Below are positions 1 through 10,195 of a stretch of DNA of 64,000 bases, piece after piece; the stretch's first letter is position 1, and every line of letters starts with the position of its first letter. Below the pieces are notes generated by a model. It saw nothing but the letters and a program-made list of their open reading frames with translations, did not search any database and was not told the DNA's origin. A program made the position numbers and the translations under genes. The stretch is from positions 124,001-188,000 of IMG/VR virus record IMGVR_UViG_3300027816_000051; one strand, given 5' to 3'.

Positions 1-1
1 G

Positions 2-367
2 TACCCAGCAAGTGGTACAATTGAGATATGTTCATGTAGTATTCCAAGTGTATTAGGTCCTTATGGTGGGGAGATAACGTATGATGGTGCTTGTGGTGAT
101 TGTTTGTGTACAGACTTTTTTGTTGATATTAATGATTTAACAGCCTCAGATGATAATCAAGTATACTTTGCATACCAATGTTGTGATGGTACATTCACAA
201 CACAAGGTTATAACGCCCCTGGTAATTATAGCGTTTGTCTTATGAGAGTGACAAATGTGTTTATATTGTTTAGAGGAAACTTCGTACCACCAATATATAC
301 TTCGCAATATACATACGGTACTGGTTGTGGTGATTATTGTAACACATTTTGTGGAGAAGCATGTTAA
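2..367 (+). CDS. 5'-truncated Cys-rich putative virion protein (C-terminal part)
   Basis: Frame is open from base 2 (YPASGTIEICSCSIPS...) through the listed 104..367 ORF; carries the YQCCDG module like those in downstream genes. Confidence 0.75.
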   Translation, partial: YPASGTIEICSCSIPSVLGPYGGEITYDGACGDCLCTDFFVDINDLTASDDNQVYFAYQCCDGTFTTQGYNAPGNYSVCLMRVTNVFILFRGNFVPPIYTSQYTYGTGCGDYCNTFCGEAC

Positions 368-411
368 TGATAAAATAATGATTTAAGTATTTATAGAAAG
401 AATAGTAATAA

Positions 412-2976
412 ATGCCAGCACAAATAATAACATTTCAAAATTGTTTAGACCCAGCGTCATACTATGATTTTGTCGTCGATGACAGTTTAGTATTATCGGG
501 TGACACGATTTTTGCTGATTACCAATGTTGGTCTTCAACAGGAAATGTCGGAGGTGGACCGTCAGGTACGGTTATTTTTAGTGGTTATACAACCTGTGAA
601 CAATGTAACGACGATTTTAATGGGTGGCAATTTGAACATTGCCAAATACCAGGGGCATTTGTTTACTTTGGTTTAAAAAATTCAGAAGTTAATCAGTATT
701 TCCAAAGTACAGGTGCAACAATTTCTTATGATGGTACATGTTACAACTATACAGGAGTTTATGAACAAGGCACTGGTAGCACCACTTACAATTATACTGT
801 TGCACAATTAATTTCTGAAAATGCTCTTTTTACAAATTGTATTGACTGTTTAACACCACCAAGTCCAACTCCTACCCCTACTCCAACACCCACACCAACT
901 TTATGTTACTCAGGTATAACCGATTCACCAAATTGGTATTATACGGACTGTTGTGGTGTATATCATAGTGGTTCATTTTCACCAACATATGTTTGTTACG
1001 ACCCGAGTTACCCATATGCAGGGATATCTTTCAATGGTTTCTGTACTGTAGTTTGTCCGAGTGTGACCCCAACTCCAACACCCACATTAACACAAACTCC
1101 TTCCGAAACTCCTTCCGAAACCCCAACCCCAACAAATACTGTAACTCCAACAAAAACTCCAAGTCTAACTCCGACACCTTCGGTTACACCAACAAATACA
1201 CCCACAAATACACCGTCAAGTACGTTAGGTTCGACACCTTCGGTTACACCAACAAATACACCCACAAATACCCCTTCATTAACACCTTCGGTAACTGTTA
1301 GTGTAACACCCACAGTAACCCCATCACCTTCACTAGTACCTACAGGATGTACTCAATATACATTCTCATTACACCCAATTTATTTTTTAACGCAAGCCGG
1401 ACCTTATAATATTTCGGGAACAACAACAGGAGGAACTATAGTATTAATTGCAACTGGTGTGACAACATCTCAATTATTATCTGGGTATACCGCACTTGTG
1501 TGTTATTCAATAACAACATTTACAGTTCAAAGTACTGGTACGTGTACTAATTCTGTGAATTTTACATTACCTGTACCTATTGTATCTCCAACCCCGACCC
1601 CAACAAAAACCCCAACACCAAGTCCATCCGGTAATCCAGTTGCGACCCCAAGTGTAACACCTACTAATACCGTAACCCCGACCCTGACCCCAACACCATC
1701 AGGTGGTTGTAGTGATTCAGTTAGAAATACTCTTGCCGCAACGAATTCATATTCTGCCGTTGGTAGACAAGGTATGGTTTATTCATCATCAAATAACAAA
1801 GCATACGTTCTAAACGCATCAAGTGTTGTACAATCTTTTGTCCCAAATTCAACAAGTTTAACAAATGAATTTACATGGTCAGGAAGTAGTTTATTATTAG
1901 GATATAACTCAACTAACAACAAATTATACAGTTGGGAATCATCATTTCCTGTTAAAATGTTAATAAGAAATTTAAACACAAACACAACATCGTCAATATC
2001 AATTTCGGGAATAACATCAGGTTTAGGAAAAATTGAATATAATTCTGTTTTAAATAAAATTTATGCATTTAGTCAAACAGGTGGAAATTTTTCAGTTTCA
2101 CAAATTAGTGTCATAGATGGTTCAACAGATACTTTTACAAACCAAATTACAGGTATAACTTTATCAAACCCTGAAGCGACTGTTTACAATCCTAATAATA
2201 ATAAATTATATTTCGCTCAGAGTGGTAGAATATATTCTTGTTCTGGTAATACTATTTCGTTAGATGGTACATCACTACCAATCACCTCAGCAAGTTTAAT
2301 TGCTTTGGATGTGACGAACAATATTATTTATTTAGTTAGTGCGTCTACGGTATACAAAATAGATGTTGCAACAAACACCACACTTACTTTAAATTCAATA
2401 TCGGGAGCAACTTGGATTTTTGGCTCAACAAGGTCTATGATATATAATCCTGATAACGGTAAATTATATATTAGCAGATATTCAACATTGTCAGATGGAT
2501 TCTTAGGTGTTCTAGACCCGACAACAGGTATATTTAGTGAAATTATTGGTGACGGTATTTCTAAACCTTTGTATGTACCGACAAATACAATATATGGTAT
2601 AAATGATAATGCTCTATACGAAATTTGTGGTTCATCCTTGGTAGCGGTTTCCCCAACCCCAACCCCTACTTTAACTAAAACCCCAACCCCAACTAAAACT
2701 CCATCAGTTACACCAACACCTAGTCCGACATATCAAGAATGGAATATGGTTGGATGTACAAATTACTGTAGTGGGGTTGTGTTGTGTTCAGGTTCGTATA
2801 GTGTAACATTATACACATTACCAAATGTGGTCAATATTTATGATTCAGGTGTTACCATCTACACGAATAATAACTTAACAACAACATTTGATGGGTTTTT
2901 TCAAATTGGAAGTGTAATTTATGAAGTAGTTTCTGGTTCGGTAACTACTCAGTATACAATTGGTGATGGATGTTAA
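412..2976 (+). CDS. Modular Cys-rich, Pro/Thr-repeat protein with YVTN/YncE-like beta-propeller; putative tail fibre/receptor-binding or decoration protein
   Basis: (TP)n tracts; repeated YN(S/P)xNNK(L/I)Y propeller blades; YYTDCCG module; TATTTAT at 388-394. Confidence 0.7.
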   Translation: MPAQIITFQNCLDPASYYDFVVDDSLVLSGDTIFADYQCWSSTGNVGGGPSGTVIFSGYTTCEQCNDDFNGWQFEHCQIPGAFVYFGLKNSEVNQYFQSTGATISYDGTCYNYTGVYEQGTGSTTYNYTVAQLISENALFTNCIDCLTPPSPTPTPTPTPTPTLCYSGITDSPNWYYTDCCGVYHSGSFSPTYVCYDPSYPYAGISFNGFCTVVCPSVTPTPTPTLTQTPSETPSETPTPTNTVTPTKTPSLTPTPSVTPTNTPTNTPSSTLGSTPSVTPTNTPTNTPSLTPSVTVSVTPTVTPSPSLVPTGCTQYTFSLHPIYFLTQAGPYNISGTTTGGTIVLIATGVTTSQLLSGYTALVCYSITTFTVQSTGTCTNSVNFTLPVPIVSPTPTPTKTPTPSPSGNPVATPSVTPTNTVTPTLTPTPSGGCSDSVRNTLAATNSYSAVGRQGMVYSSSNNKAYVLNASSVVQSFVPNSTSLTNEFTWSGSSLLLGYNSTNNKLYSWESSFPVKMLIRNLNTNTTSSISISGITSGLGKIEYNSVLNKIYAFSQTGGNFSVSQISVIDGSTDTFTNQITGITLSNPEATVYNPNNNKLYFAQSGRIYSCSGNTISLDGTSLPITSASLIALDVTNNIIYLVSASTVYKIDVATNTTLTLNSISGATWIFGSTRSMIYNPDNGKLYISRYSTLSDGFLGVLDPTTGIFSEIIGDGISKPLYVPTNTIYGINDNALYEICGSSLVAVSPTPTPTLTKTPTPTKTPSVTPTPSPTYQEWNMVGCTNYCSGVVLCSGSYSVTLYTLPNVVNIYDSGVTIYTNNNLTTTFDGFFQIGSVIYEVVSGSVTTQYTIGDGC
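1172..1271 (+). repeat. 40-bp exact direct repeat at 60-bp period in a PT tract
   Basis: 1172-1211 equals 1232-1271. Confidence 0.8.
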
Positions 2977-3039
2977 AATAACTTTACTATAAAATAGGAT
3001 TTTTTATATTTATCAAATATAGAAATCAATAATTAAAAA

Positions 3040-3888
3040 ATGGGATTAAATGTTCGTTTATACAATATAATCAATGATGGTACGTACTCAATTAGATACA
3101 AGTCCGGTGATAGCCCGTATCCTGAAACGAACAATTCAACATTTACACTTTACGCAACAGGTTTAACTCTTACAGCTGTTACAATTACAAACTTAAGTTT
3201 TAATACTCAATATTGGGTTAAAATGACAGACGACACTACAGGTCGTTATATAATTAAAAATATTTACACTCACGATAGTAAAGCGTTTCCTTGTTATGAT
3301 ACACTATGTTTTAGTGTTGAGGTACAGTGTGACCCACCAATAAGTCCAACTCCAACACCTACAGTTACAAGAACCCCAACCCCAACACCTACAGTTACAA
3401 AAACACCAACAGTTACCGCTACACCATCTAAGACACCGAACGCTTCAATTACACCAACCCCTACTCCAACAAAAACTCCTGGTTTATCACCAACCCCAAC
3501 AGTTACCAAGACTCCAACTCCTACTCCAACACAAAACACCCCTTCATCATATTGTTTATGGTACAGTATTGAAACGATAGATGAAAATATACAATATGAA
3601 GTTACTTGGACACTAAAAGATAATTTAGGTAGTGTAACAACCGCCACTTCAAATATCCCAATTACTTTTTATAAGGTTAATAGTTCAGGGGTGGTAATTG
3701 CGGTATACACATCACCACAATGGCAAATATTCATTGGTTCATCACAGGATAGTGGAAATATTACACTCAATCCAAGTGCTGGTGAATACTTAGTTGCACA
3801 AACCGGTTTAAGTGGAACCATAACAGACCCTAACTATTGTGGTATTGCATTTATAGATTGTGATTTAAATCCCGATTATTGTAATTAA
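3040..3888 (+). CDS. FN3-like N-domain, Pro/Thr linker and Cys-containing C-domain; putative virion protein
   Basis: [14 protein letters not shown] resembles the FN3 LxPxTxY strand; TPTP tract. Confidence 0.6.
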   Translation: MGLNVRLYNIINDGTYSIRYKSGDSPYPETNNSTFTLYATGLTLTAVTITNLSFNTQYWVKMTDDTTGRYIIKNIYTHDSKAFPCYDTLCFSVEVQCDPPISPTPTPTVTRTPTPTPTVTKTPTVTATPSKTPNASITPTPTPTKTPGLSPTPTVTKTPTPTPTQNTPSSYCLWYSIETIDENIQYEVTWTLKDNLGSVTTATSNIPITFYKVNSSGVVIAVYTSPQWQIFIGSSQDSGNITLNPSAGEYLVAQTGLSGTITDPNYCGIAFIDCDLNPDYCN

Positions 3889-3913
3889 ACATTGAATTTA
3901 TATTTATGAAATA

Positions 3914-4264
3914 ATGCCGTCATTAGTAACATACTCAGTAACAATATCAAATTTTTCAGGACAAACACCTTGTAACGGGTACTATATCTACACAGGGTTA
4001 ACACATAATATTGATGATGCAAATTATATCAATGGGGTTGAAGTTTTAATTCCAATATCAACGGGATATACGTTTAATATAAGTTTATTGGATAACATAC
4101 CACAAATTTTTGTATTTGTGGAACACTGTGACGGACACATAAACCCTGTACCATCATCGGTACCAAAATTGCAAGGTGGTTATCAATTAGCATTAGTTGA
4201 TTTAAGATGTAGTGATTGTTACTACCCATGTGCATTTAATGTTAATGTTGTTCAAATAACGTAA
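3914..4264 (+). CDS. Small Cys-containing beta-rich putative virion protein
   Basis: YYIYTGLT...IFVFVEHCDG resembles the central module of 4268..7189 (CTVYTGLT...IYVRIDCEG). Confidence 0.6.
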   Translation: MPSLVTYSVTISNFSGQTPCNGYYIYTGLTHNIDDANYINGVEVLIPISTGYTFNISLLDNIPQIFVFVEHCDGHINPVPSSVPKLQGGYQLALVDLRCSDCYYPCAFNVNVVQIT

Positions 4265-4267
4265 TAA

Positions 4268-7189
4268 ATGGCTTGTCAATTATATAACGTCACAATAAGT
4301 TCATTGGATACCGGTAATGCCACCGGTAACACTAACCCTGTTAATAATGGTAAGGTGTATGTTGCTTATTACAACTGTAATGGTGTACTTACAACAACAA
4401 GTTTTTCAAATGGTAGTTATACTATTTGTACCGACATACAAAATGGATTACCTAGTTTATATTATTTTAAAAACGATTCTCCATTAACCGCATCGAATAG
4501 TACTGCAAATGATAGTGGTTCACAATGTCAAGAAACCACTTTTTTTGAAAAATGTTGTGAACAAGGAGGCACTATTTATGAAGTACAAAGTGGATTAAAT
4601 TATATAGTAGGTAGTGTATACACTGACAATACGGATTGTTATATTGCGGTTGCGTCGGGCCCTTCAACCGCAACAGTTGACGACACTGGGACGTGGGTTT
4701 CACAACCAAGTTGTACAGCTGGTGAGTGTCCATCATGTCCTTCACCAACCCCGACACCAACTCCAACAGAAACACCCACAGAAACCCCAACTCCAACAGA
4801 AACACCCACAGAAACCCCAACCCCAACACCTTCAGAAACACCCACAGAAACCCCAACCCCAACTCCAACACTTACTAAAACAGTTACACCCACACCAACT
4901 AACACTGTAACACCAACACTATCCCCCACCCCAACACCAACACCATCAATATGTACGGATTGTGTGTGTAAACAAATCATAAGTGAAGATGGAAATACAA
5001 TTACATATTCATATACTGATTGTTATGGTTTGCTTCAAACTTCCGGAACCATCGCACCTTTTGCTACGGTTTATCAATGTGTATGTTTTGACAATCAAAC
5101 AATTACATTCAGTGACCCAACTAATATAGTTGTGAATCCTAATGGTGGTTGTGAGGACTACCAAAATTGTGACTCACTACCGGTCCCAACACCTACATTA
5201 ACTAGTACTCCGACAGTCACACCTACAGTCACTCCTGAACCAACAAGTTCACCAGCTTCAACTGTATCTGTCACACCAACAGTAACACCAACAGTAACAC
5301 CAACAAGTTCGCCGGTTTCAACTGTATCTGTCACACCAACAGTAACTCCTACAAATACAGTTACACCTACAGTCACAACTTCACCTGGCGGTTCACCTAC
5401 ACCAACCAATACATCAACTCCCACAAATACAGTTACACCTACAGTTACTTCATCACCAGGCGATTCACCTACACCCACACCAACTACCTCACCATCAGTA
5501 ACTCCAACCAATACATCAACCCCTACAAATACAGTTACACCTACAGTTACTTCATCACCAGGAGGTTCGCCCACACCAACTACTTCACCATCGGCAACAC
5601 CCTCTAATACACCAAGTGAAACACCTTCAACAACTCCGTCTTTAACACCGACAGTTACACTTACAGTAACATCAACACCGACTCTAACACCTAGCGTTAC
5701 ACCATCAGTTACATCAACACCTGGTGGTTCGCCAACCCCAACACCCACCAACACCCCAACAAAAACCCCTACACCTACTGTTACACCTTCAGGTTGTGTA
5801 AACGATTTGGTCACCCCAAAAGGCGTTAAGATTTCATTTAATTCCGGTTCTAATTATACAAATTGTACGGTCTATACCGGATTAACTTCAACTAACATAA
5901 CAGGTATAACTTCATGTACAAGTATGTCCACAGGAGATATTTGTGATATTACAGGTATAGACCCAACATTAATGGAGATATATGTTAGAATTGATTGTGA
6001 AGGTTGTTGTGAACAAGTTTTTAGAGTTAATTTGGATGATTGTTGTGATAGTTCGTCGACACCGATATCATCACCCACCCCAACAGTAACACCGACTCAG
6101 AGTGCGACTCCTACGAATACACCAACACTTACCCCAACACCAACTGTTAGTAGTACACCATCAACAGGGTATACTTGTAACGATAGCGTTTATGTCCCCT
6201 CGACAGTGAACGGTGTTTCTATAACATCAACATATAGTGGTAGTGTTACCGAAAATACATCTGGATACACGTCATCCTGTGTTGGTGACACTATTGTAAT
6301 GACCGACTATCATAACTTTTTAGGAAATTCAGGACCTTTCTCATATAGATACAATTTTAGTTCACCAGTAAATGATTTAGTTGTTTTTATAACCGGTATG
6401 GGTGGTACTAGTGATGAAGATTTCACATTTACAACAAATACAGGTACCCCCACAATATCTTCACCGTTAAGTTGTTATGTAACAATAACAGGTAACACAA
6501 TTATTGGTGGCTCAACCGCACCACTTTTTGTCAATGGTGGTGGAAAATTCATAATAACAAATTCAACACCATTTATCTCGATGACCATATCAGGTAATGG
6601 TGGTGCCTCAGGTTCTAGGGTGGGTATTTGCTCCGATTCAATCATACCACTTGTAACACCCACACCCACCAATACTTTAACACCAACACCGACCGTAACC
6701 CCAACGAATACTGTAACACCTACTAATACAGTAACTCCAACAATTACAACATCACCCGGTGGTTCGCCCACATCAACACCAACAATAACACCTACTAATA
6801 CAGTTACACCAACTGAAACTGTAACACCAACACCGACCGTAACCCCAACGAATACTGTAACACCTACTAATACAGTTACACCAACTGAAACTGTAACACC
6901 AACACCGACCGTGACTTCTACCAATACAGTAACACCAACAAATACCCCAACACCAACACTCACCCCAACCAGTTCGGCTACTCCATGTGACATACTATGG
7001 GAATTCGATGGAGGAACGACAGGAACAGGAGGTCATACCACATTTAGTTATACTGACTGTACCGGTACCCTTCAATTTATTACTGTTGGGAATGGTACAA
7101 CTGAGACATACTGTGGTTATTTAACACCAACACCTCAAGTTACGAATGATGGTGACGGTACTTTTACAAGCACTGGAACATGTAATTAA
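4268..7189 (+). CDS. 973-aa mucin-like Pro/Thr/Ser-rich protein with several Cys-rich modules; putative virion fibre
   Basis: Four long PT/TVTP tracts separate YYNCNG, YTDCYG, CEGCC and YTDCTG modules. Confidence 0.7.
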   Translation: MACQLYNVTISSLDTGNATGNTNPVNNGKVYVAYYNCNGVLTTTSFSNGSYTICTDIQNGLPSLYYFKNDSPLTASNSTANDSGSQCQETTFFEKCCEQGGTIYEVQSGLNYIVGSVYTDNTDCYIAVASGPSTATVDDTGTWVSQPSCTAGECPSCPSPTPTPTPTETPTETPTPTETPTETPTPTPSETPTETPTPTPTLTKTVTPTPTNTVTPTLSPTPTPTPSICTDCVCKQIISEDGNTITYSYTDCYGLLQTSGTIAPFATVYQCVCFDNQTITFSDPTNIVVNPNGGCEDYQNCDSLPVPTPTLTSTPTVTPTVTPEPTSSPASTVSVTPTVTPTVTPTSSPVSTVSVTPTVTPTNTVTPTVTTSPGGSPTPTNTSTPTNTVTPTVTSSPGDSPTPTPTTSPSVTPTNTSTPTNTVTPTVTSSPGGSPTPTTSPSATPSNTPSETPSTTPSLTPTVTLTVTSTPTLTPSVTPSVTSTPGGSPTPTPTNTPTKTPTPTVTPSGCVNDLVTPKGVKISFNSGSNYTNCTVYTGLTSTNITGITSCTSMSTGDICDITGIDPTLMEIYVRIDCEGCCEQVFRVNLDDCCDSSSTPISSPTPTVTPTQSATPTNTPTLTPTPTVSSTPSTGYTCNDSVYVPSTVNGVSITSTYSGSVTENTSGYTSSCVGDTIVMTDYHNFLGNSGPFSYRYNFSSPVNDLVVFITGMGGTSDEDFTFTTNTGTPTISSPLSCYVTITGNTIIGGSTAPLFVNGGGKFIITNSTPFISMTISGNGGASGSRVGICSDSIIPLVTPTPTNTLTPTPTVTPTNTVTPTNTVTPTITTSPGGSPTSTPTITPTNTVTPTETVTPTPTVTPTNTVTPTNTVTPTETVTPTPTVTSTNTVTPTNTPTPTLTPTSSATPCDILWEFDGGTTGTGGHTTFSYTDCTGTLQFITVGNGTTETYCGYLTPTPQVTNDGDGTFTSTGTCN
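4761..4820 (+). repeat. Exact 30-bp tandem duplication in a PT tract
   Basis: CTCCAACAGAAACACCCACAGAAACCCCAA x2. Confidence 0.85.
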
Positions 7190-7226
7190 AATTGATTATC
7201 TCAACTAAAGTATTTATATTATAACC

Positions 7227-9377
7227 ATGAGTTTTTTAAGTAATAATAATTCAGAATTTTTATCAGTTAGAATCACCCAAAAGGGTAGAAATTCTATTGC
7301 AAAAGGTAGTTTTAACATCGCATATTTTCAAATTGGGGATTCTGAATTTGATTACACATCACCGTTTGATAATTTTACAGGATTAAACTCACAACCATTT
7401 CAAATGGTCTTTGCACCCTTTGATAAAGAAGGGGGTGTAAAATATCCCTATAAATTAGATAGTAGTAACACGGGTTCTACGGTTTATGGTATTCCCGTAC
7501 AATCTTCAACCACCGATACTTTAAGAAACGTTATGGGTCCTGCCGGTTTTGTAACCGAGTATATTGATTATGATAGTAGTAATTGTACAGGAACGAGTGT
7601 TGAGTGTGAAACTCAACAAATATCATTATCCGCGATGACAGGTGATAATAGTGTGACCGTATTAACAGGTGCTAGTTTTAATGACTGTGAGTATATTACA
7701 ATAGTTTATGGTGGATTTTGTGGTAATGACCCAAATCATCCTGTAATCACTGGTGAAACAAACAGTTTAACATATAAAATTACAGGTGTAACAGGAAATA
7801 CACTTTATCTTGATAGAGCGACACCTAATTTTTCAGGATGTACAGGTCCCGCTCAAGTGGTATGTAATTCTTGTGAAAATGAATATCCTGTAAGTGTAAC
7901 ATATAATCCAAACTGTAAACCCGCGGAAATTGACCCAACACAACAATTAAATTCATGGACCATGAATGTCGTTTGGGGTATGAAACCAATCGGTTTTGAC
8001 GTTAATGGTGTGGACGAAAACATAACAGGTTTTACATCAAACAAACACGTATCAACTAAACAATTTTTAGGTTATACAACATCAAGTGGTCAAACATTTA
8101 CAACAAGTTCAGGTACCACGGTAACTAACCCCACTTCTTATAAAAATTCATATAATGAAGTGATTGAAGTTACTCCTGAGGAACAAAGATGTATTGCTGT
8201 AATCCATTATTCAGAACTCGGAGATTTAAAAAATGACCCTGAAAGATTCTATAAGTACGACGATTATATAAGCACAAATAATACGGAATCTCAAGCATTG
8301 TTAGAAGACTCAATTGGTAACACGATAACAGATTTAGAATATTTTGAAGTATATATCCCATTTATTCAATACCATAGAAATACTGGTACAACAATAGGTG
8401 CTTTACTTACTATGGACACAACAGATTACTTTGTTAGTTCGAAGAAAAACGCATACCAAAAAATCAAGTACAGATATCTATTAGATGAGATTGGAAATAG
8501 AGTTGGTAAAATTTTCGTAAACAATAAAGTAGTTGTCATTGACGACCAAGAGTTGGTTGCTGTTATGGATTATAAATCTAACAGAAAGTACACACTACCT
8601 TCACCAAAAATAAACTTATTACCAAGTGATTTACCAGCCGCACAATCTTTTTATTCTGGTTCAACTGAACAGACTATATGGTTAACATACATGTTAAACT
8701 ACACGGGTGATACCCAAATGAATGGATTACCTTGTAACTACTATACTAAATTCGAAACAACAACAGGTAGTACCTATTATACAACTCCCTGTCAGTTATA
8801 TGTCAAGTTCGCAAATGGTTATTTCACAGATATGGTAACAGGTAGTACTTGTAATTTTAAAAATGGGTTTATAGCTAATCAGTTCCAATTATTAATTCAA
8901 GTTACCAATTATGGTGATTTACCTGAACCAAATCTTTGGAAATTATTGGATATGACTCAATATATACCAAATCATACTGTTGGTAACACAATTAACCCTG
9001 CGAACTTAGTTGATTATTCATTTCAAGTTACTTTTGACATGTACGATAATGATACTACAATATTTGATTTAGAATCTTATATTGGTGAGATACCAAATCA
9101 ACCATCAACAGCACCACAGTTTGGTGATGAACAACCTTTTCCTGGTAGTATTAAATTGGTAAGAGCAACGGATATTGAGAAAATGAATTTCTTGGTGAAC
9201 TTACCGGCTAGTCAATTTAATGTTACACAAAATCCAACGTATACTACAGGTCAAGATAAGAGAATTACAGAAGTTGCTTTATTGAACGAAAATAAAGAAG
9301 TGTTGGCAATAGGTAAGACCGCCAATCCTGTAAAAAGAAGCGGAACACAAGTATTCGCAATAAAAATAGATTTCTAA
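7227..9377 (+). CDS. Tail-collar/baseplate-associated structural protein (DUF3751-like termini)
   Basis: N-term ITQKGRNSIAKG...FQIGDSE and C-term ITEVALLNENKEVLAIGKTANPVKR...IKIDF are typical of phage tail-collar fibre-like domains. Confidence 0.55.
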   Translation: MSFLSNNNSEFLSVRITQKGRNSIAKGSFNIAYFQIGDSEFDYTSPFDNFTGLNSQPFQMVFAPFDKEGGVKYPYKLDSSNTGSTVYGIPVQSSTTDTLRNVMGPAGFVTEYIDYDSSNCTGTSVECETQQISLSAMTGDNSVTVLTGASFNDCEYITIVYGGFCGNDPNHPVITGETNSLTYKITGVTGNTLYLDRATPNFSGCTGPAQVVCNSCENEYPVSVTYNPNCKPAEIDPTQQLNSWTMNVVWGMKPIGFDVNGVDENITGFTSNKHVSTKQFLGYTTSSGQTFTTSSGTTVTNPTSYKNSYNEVIEVTPEEQRCIAVIHYSELGDLKNDPERFYKYDDYISTNNTESQALLEDSIGNTITDLEYFEVYIPFIQYHRNTGTTIGALLTMDTTDYFVSSKKNAYQKIKYRYLLDEIGNRVGKIFVNNKVVVIDDQELVAVMDYKSNRKYTLPSPKINLLPSDLPAAQSFYSGSTEQTIWLTYMLNYTGDTQMNGLPCNYYTKFETTTGSTYYTTPCQLYVKFANGYFTDMVTGSTCNFKNGFIANQFQLLIQVTNYGDLPEPNLWKLLDMTQYIPNHTVGNTINPANLVDYSFQVTFDMYDNDTTIFDLESYIGEIPNQPSTAPQFGDEQPFPGSIKLVRATDIEKMNFLVNLPASQFNVTQNPTYTTGQDKRITEVALLNENKEVLAIGKTANPVKRSGTQVFAIKIDF

Positions 9378-9380
9378 CTC

Positions 9381-9409
9381 TTTACAATTTAAATGATATC
9401 TCATATAAT
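9381..9409 (+). promoter_or_regulatory. Host-sigma early promoter TTTACA-N17-TATAAT
   Basis: Near-consensus hexamers with a 17-nt spacer, ending 6 nt before the RuvC-like start. Confidence 0.6.
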
Positions 9410-9415
9410 TTTTAT

Positions 9416-10024
9416 ATGAGTATAAAATTTAAGAATGCACCCAAAATTTTGGGATTAGACATTTCAACCAAGACCATCGGATGGGCGCTATTTGATGTTA
9501 ATTCTTCGCGACTTTTAGAATTGACACACTTTTCTCCTAAAATAAAACCTCAACCTGAAGATAAGATTGAGGAACTTCTAAAGAAGGCACAGGCGTTTAA
9601 AAAACATTTAGAAGATTATAAAGATGTGGGGATAACACGAGTTGTTATTGAGGAACCACTATTAAATTCAAATAACATTTACACTGTTGGAACATTATTG
9701 AGATACAACACAATGATTCTCAAATCGTGTTATGAGATTTTAGGTATTGTACCTACTTTCATTACCACCTACAATGCAAGAAAATATGCATTTCCAAGCT
9801 TAGTTGGTAAAAACGATAAGGGTAAGAATGTTTTATTTGGTGGTTTACCTAAAGATATAGACAAGAAACACATTATATGGGAAAACGTAAATACCGTTTG
9901 TCCTGAGGTAGAGTGGTTGTATGGTAAAAACGGTCAATTGAAAAAAGAAAACTACGATATGAGTGATGCGGCAACAGCGGTGATTGGATTTGTGAACATG
10001 CAAAAATTAGGTATTTCCAATTAA
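9416..10024 (+). CDS. ruvC: RuvC-like Holliday junction resolvase
   Basis: ILGLDISTKTIGW, VVIEEP and DMSDA acidic triad of the RNase H-like fold. Confidence 0.75.
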   Translation: MSIKFKNAPKILGLDISTKTIGWALFDVNSSRLLELTHFSPKIKPQPEDKIEELLKKAQAFKKHLEDYKDVGITRVVIEEPLLNSNNIYTVGTLLRYNTMILKSCYEILGIVPTFITTYNARKYAFPSLVGKNDKGKNVLFGGLPKDIDKKHIIWENVNTVCPEVEWLYGKNGQLKKENYDMSDAATAVIGFVNMQKLGISN

Positions 10025-10114
10025 AATTTGTTTTTATGAAAATGATTGTGTATACTTTGAAAAGAATTTGATTCAATAACTAATAATGTCAAGATAGCAT
10101 TAGTATTTTGACAT

Positions 10115-10153
10115 AAGGTGGGAGGTTTTGGTGTATAACCCCCACCTTTTTTT
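10115..10153 (+). terminator. Rho-independent terminator-like hairpin
   Basis: AAGGTGGG(A)GGTT-loop-AACC CCCACCTT followed by a T run. Confidence 0.6.
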
Positions 10154-10195
10154 ATGCGGTTTGGTTTTACAATTTTTATTTTGTATATTTTATCT

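Noticed and set aside
4740-6960. Possible CRISPR array or non-coding tandem repeat
   Set aside because: Repeats are in-frame multiples of 3 inside an ORF, with no unique spacers and no cas genes
1008-6993. Minus-strand VGVGV-rich ORFs and alternate-frame plus ORFs (1008, 3294, 4639, 5158, 6475, 993, 4614)
   Set aside because: Shadows of ACN-CCN Thr/Pro repeats, which lack stop codons on the other strand and frames
10108-10139. TTGACA...TATAAC sigma70 promoter inside the hairpins
   Set aside because: The spacer is 20 nt, too long for a functional -35/-10 pair
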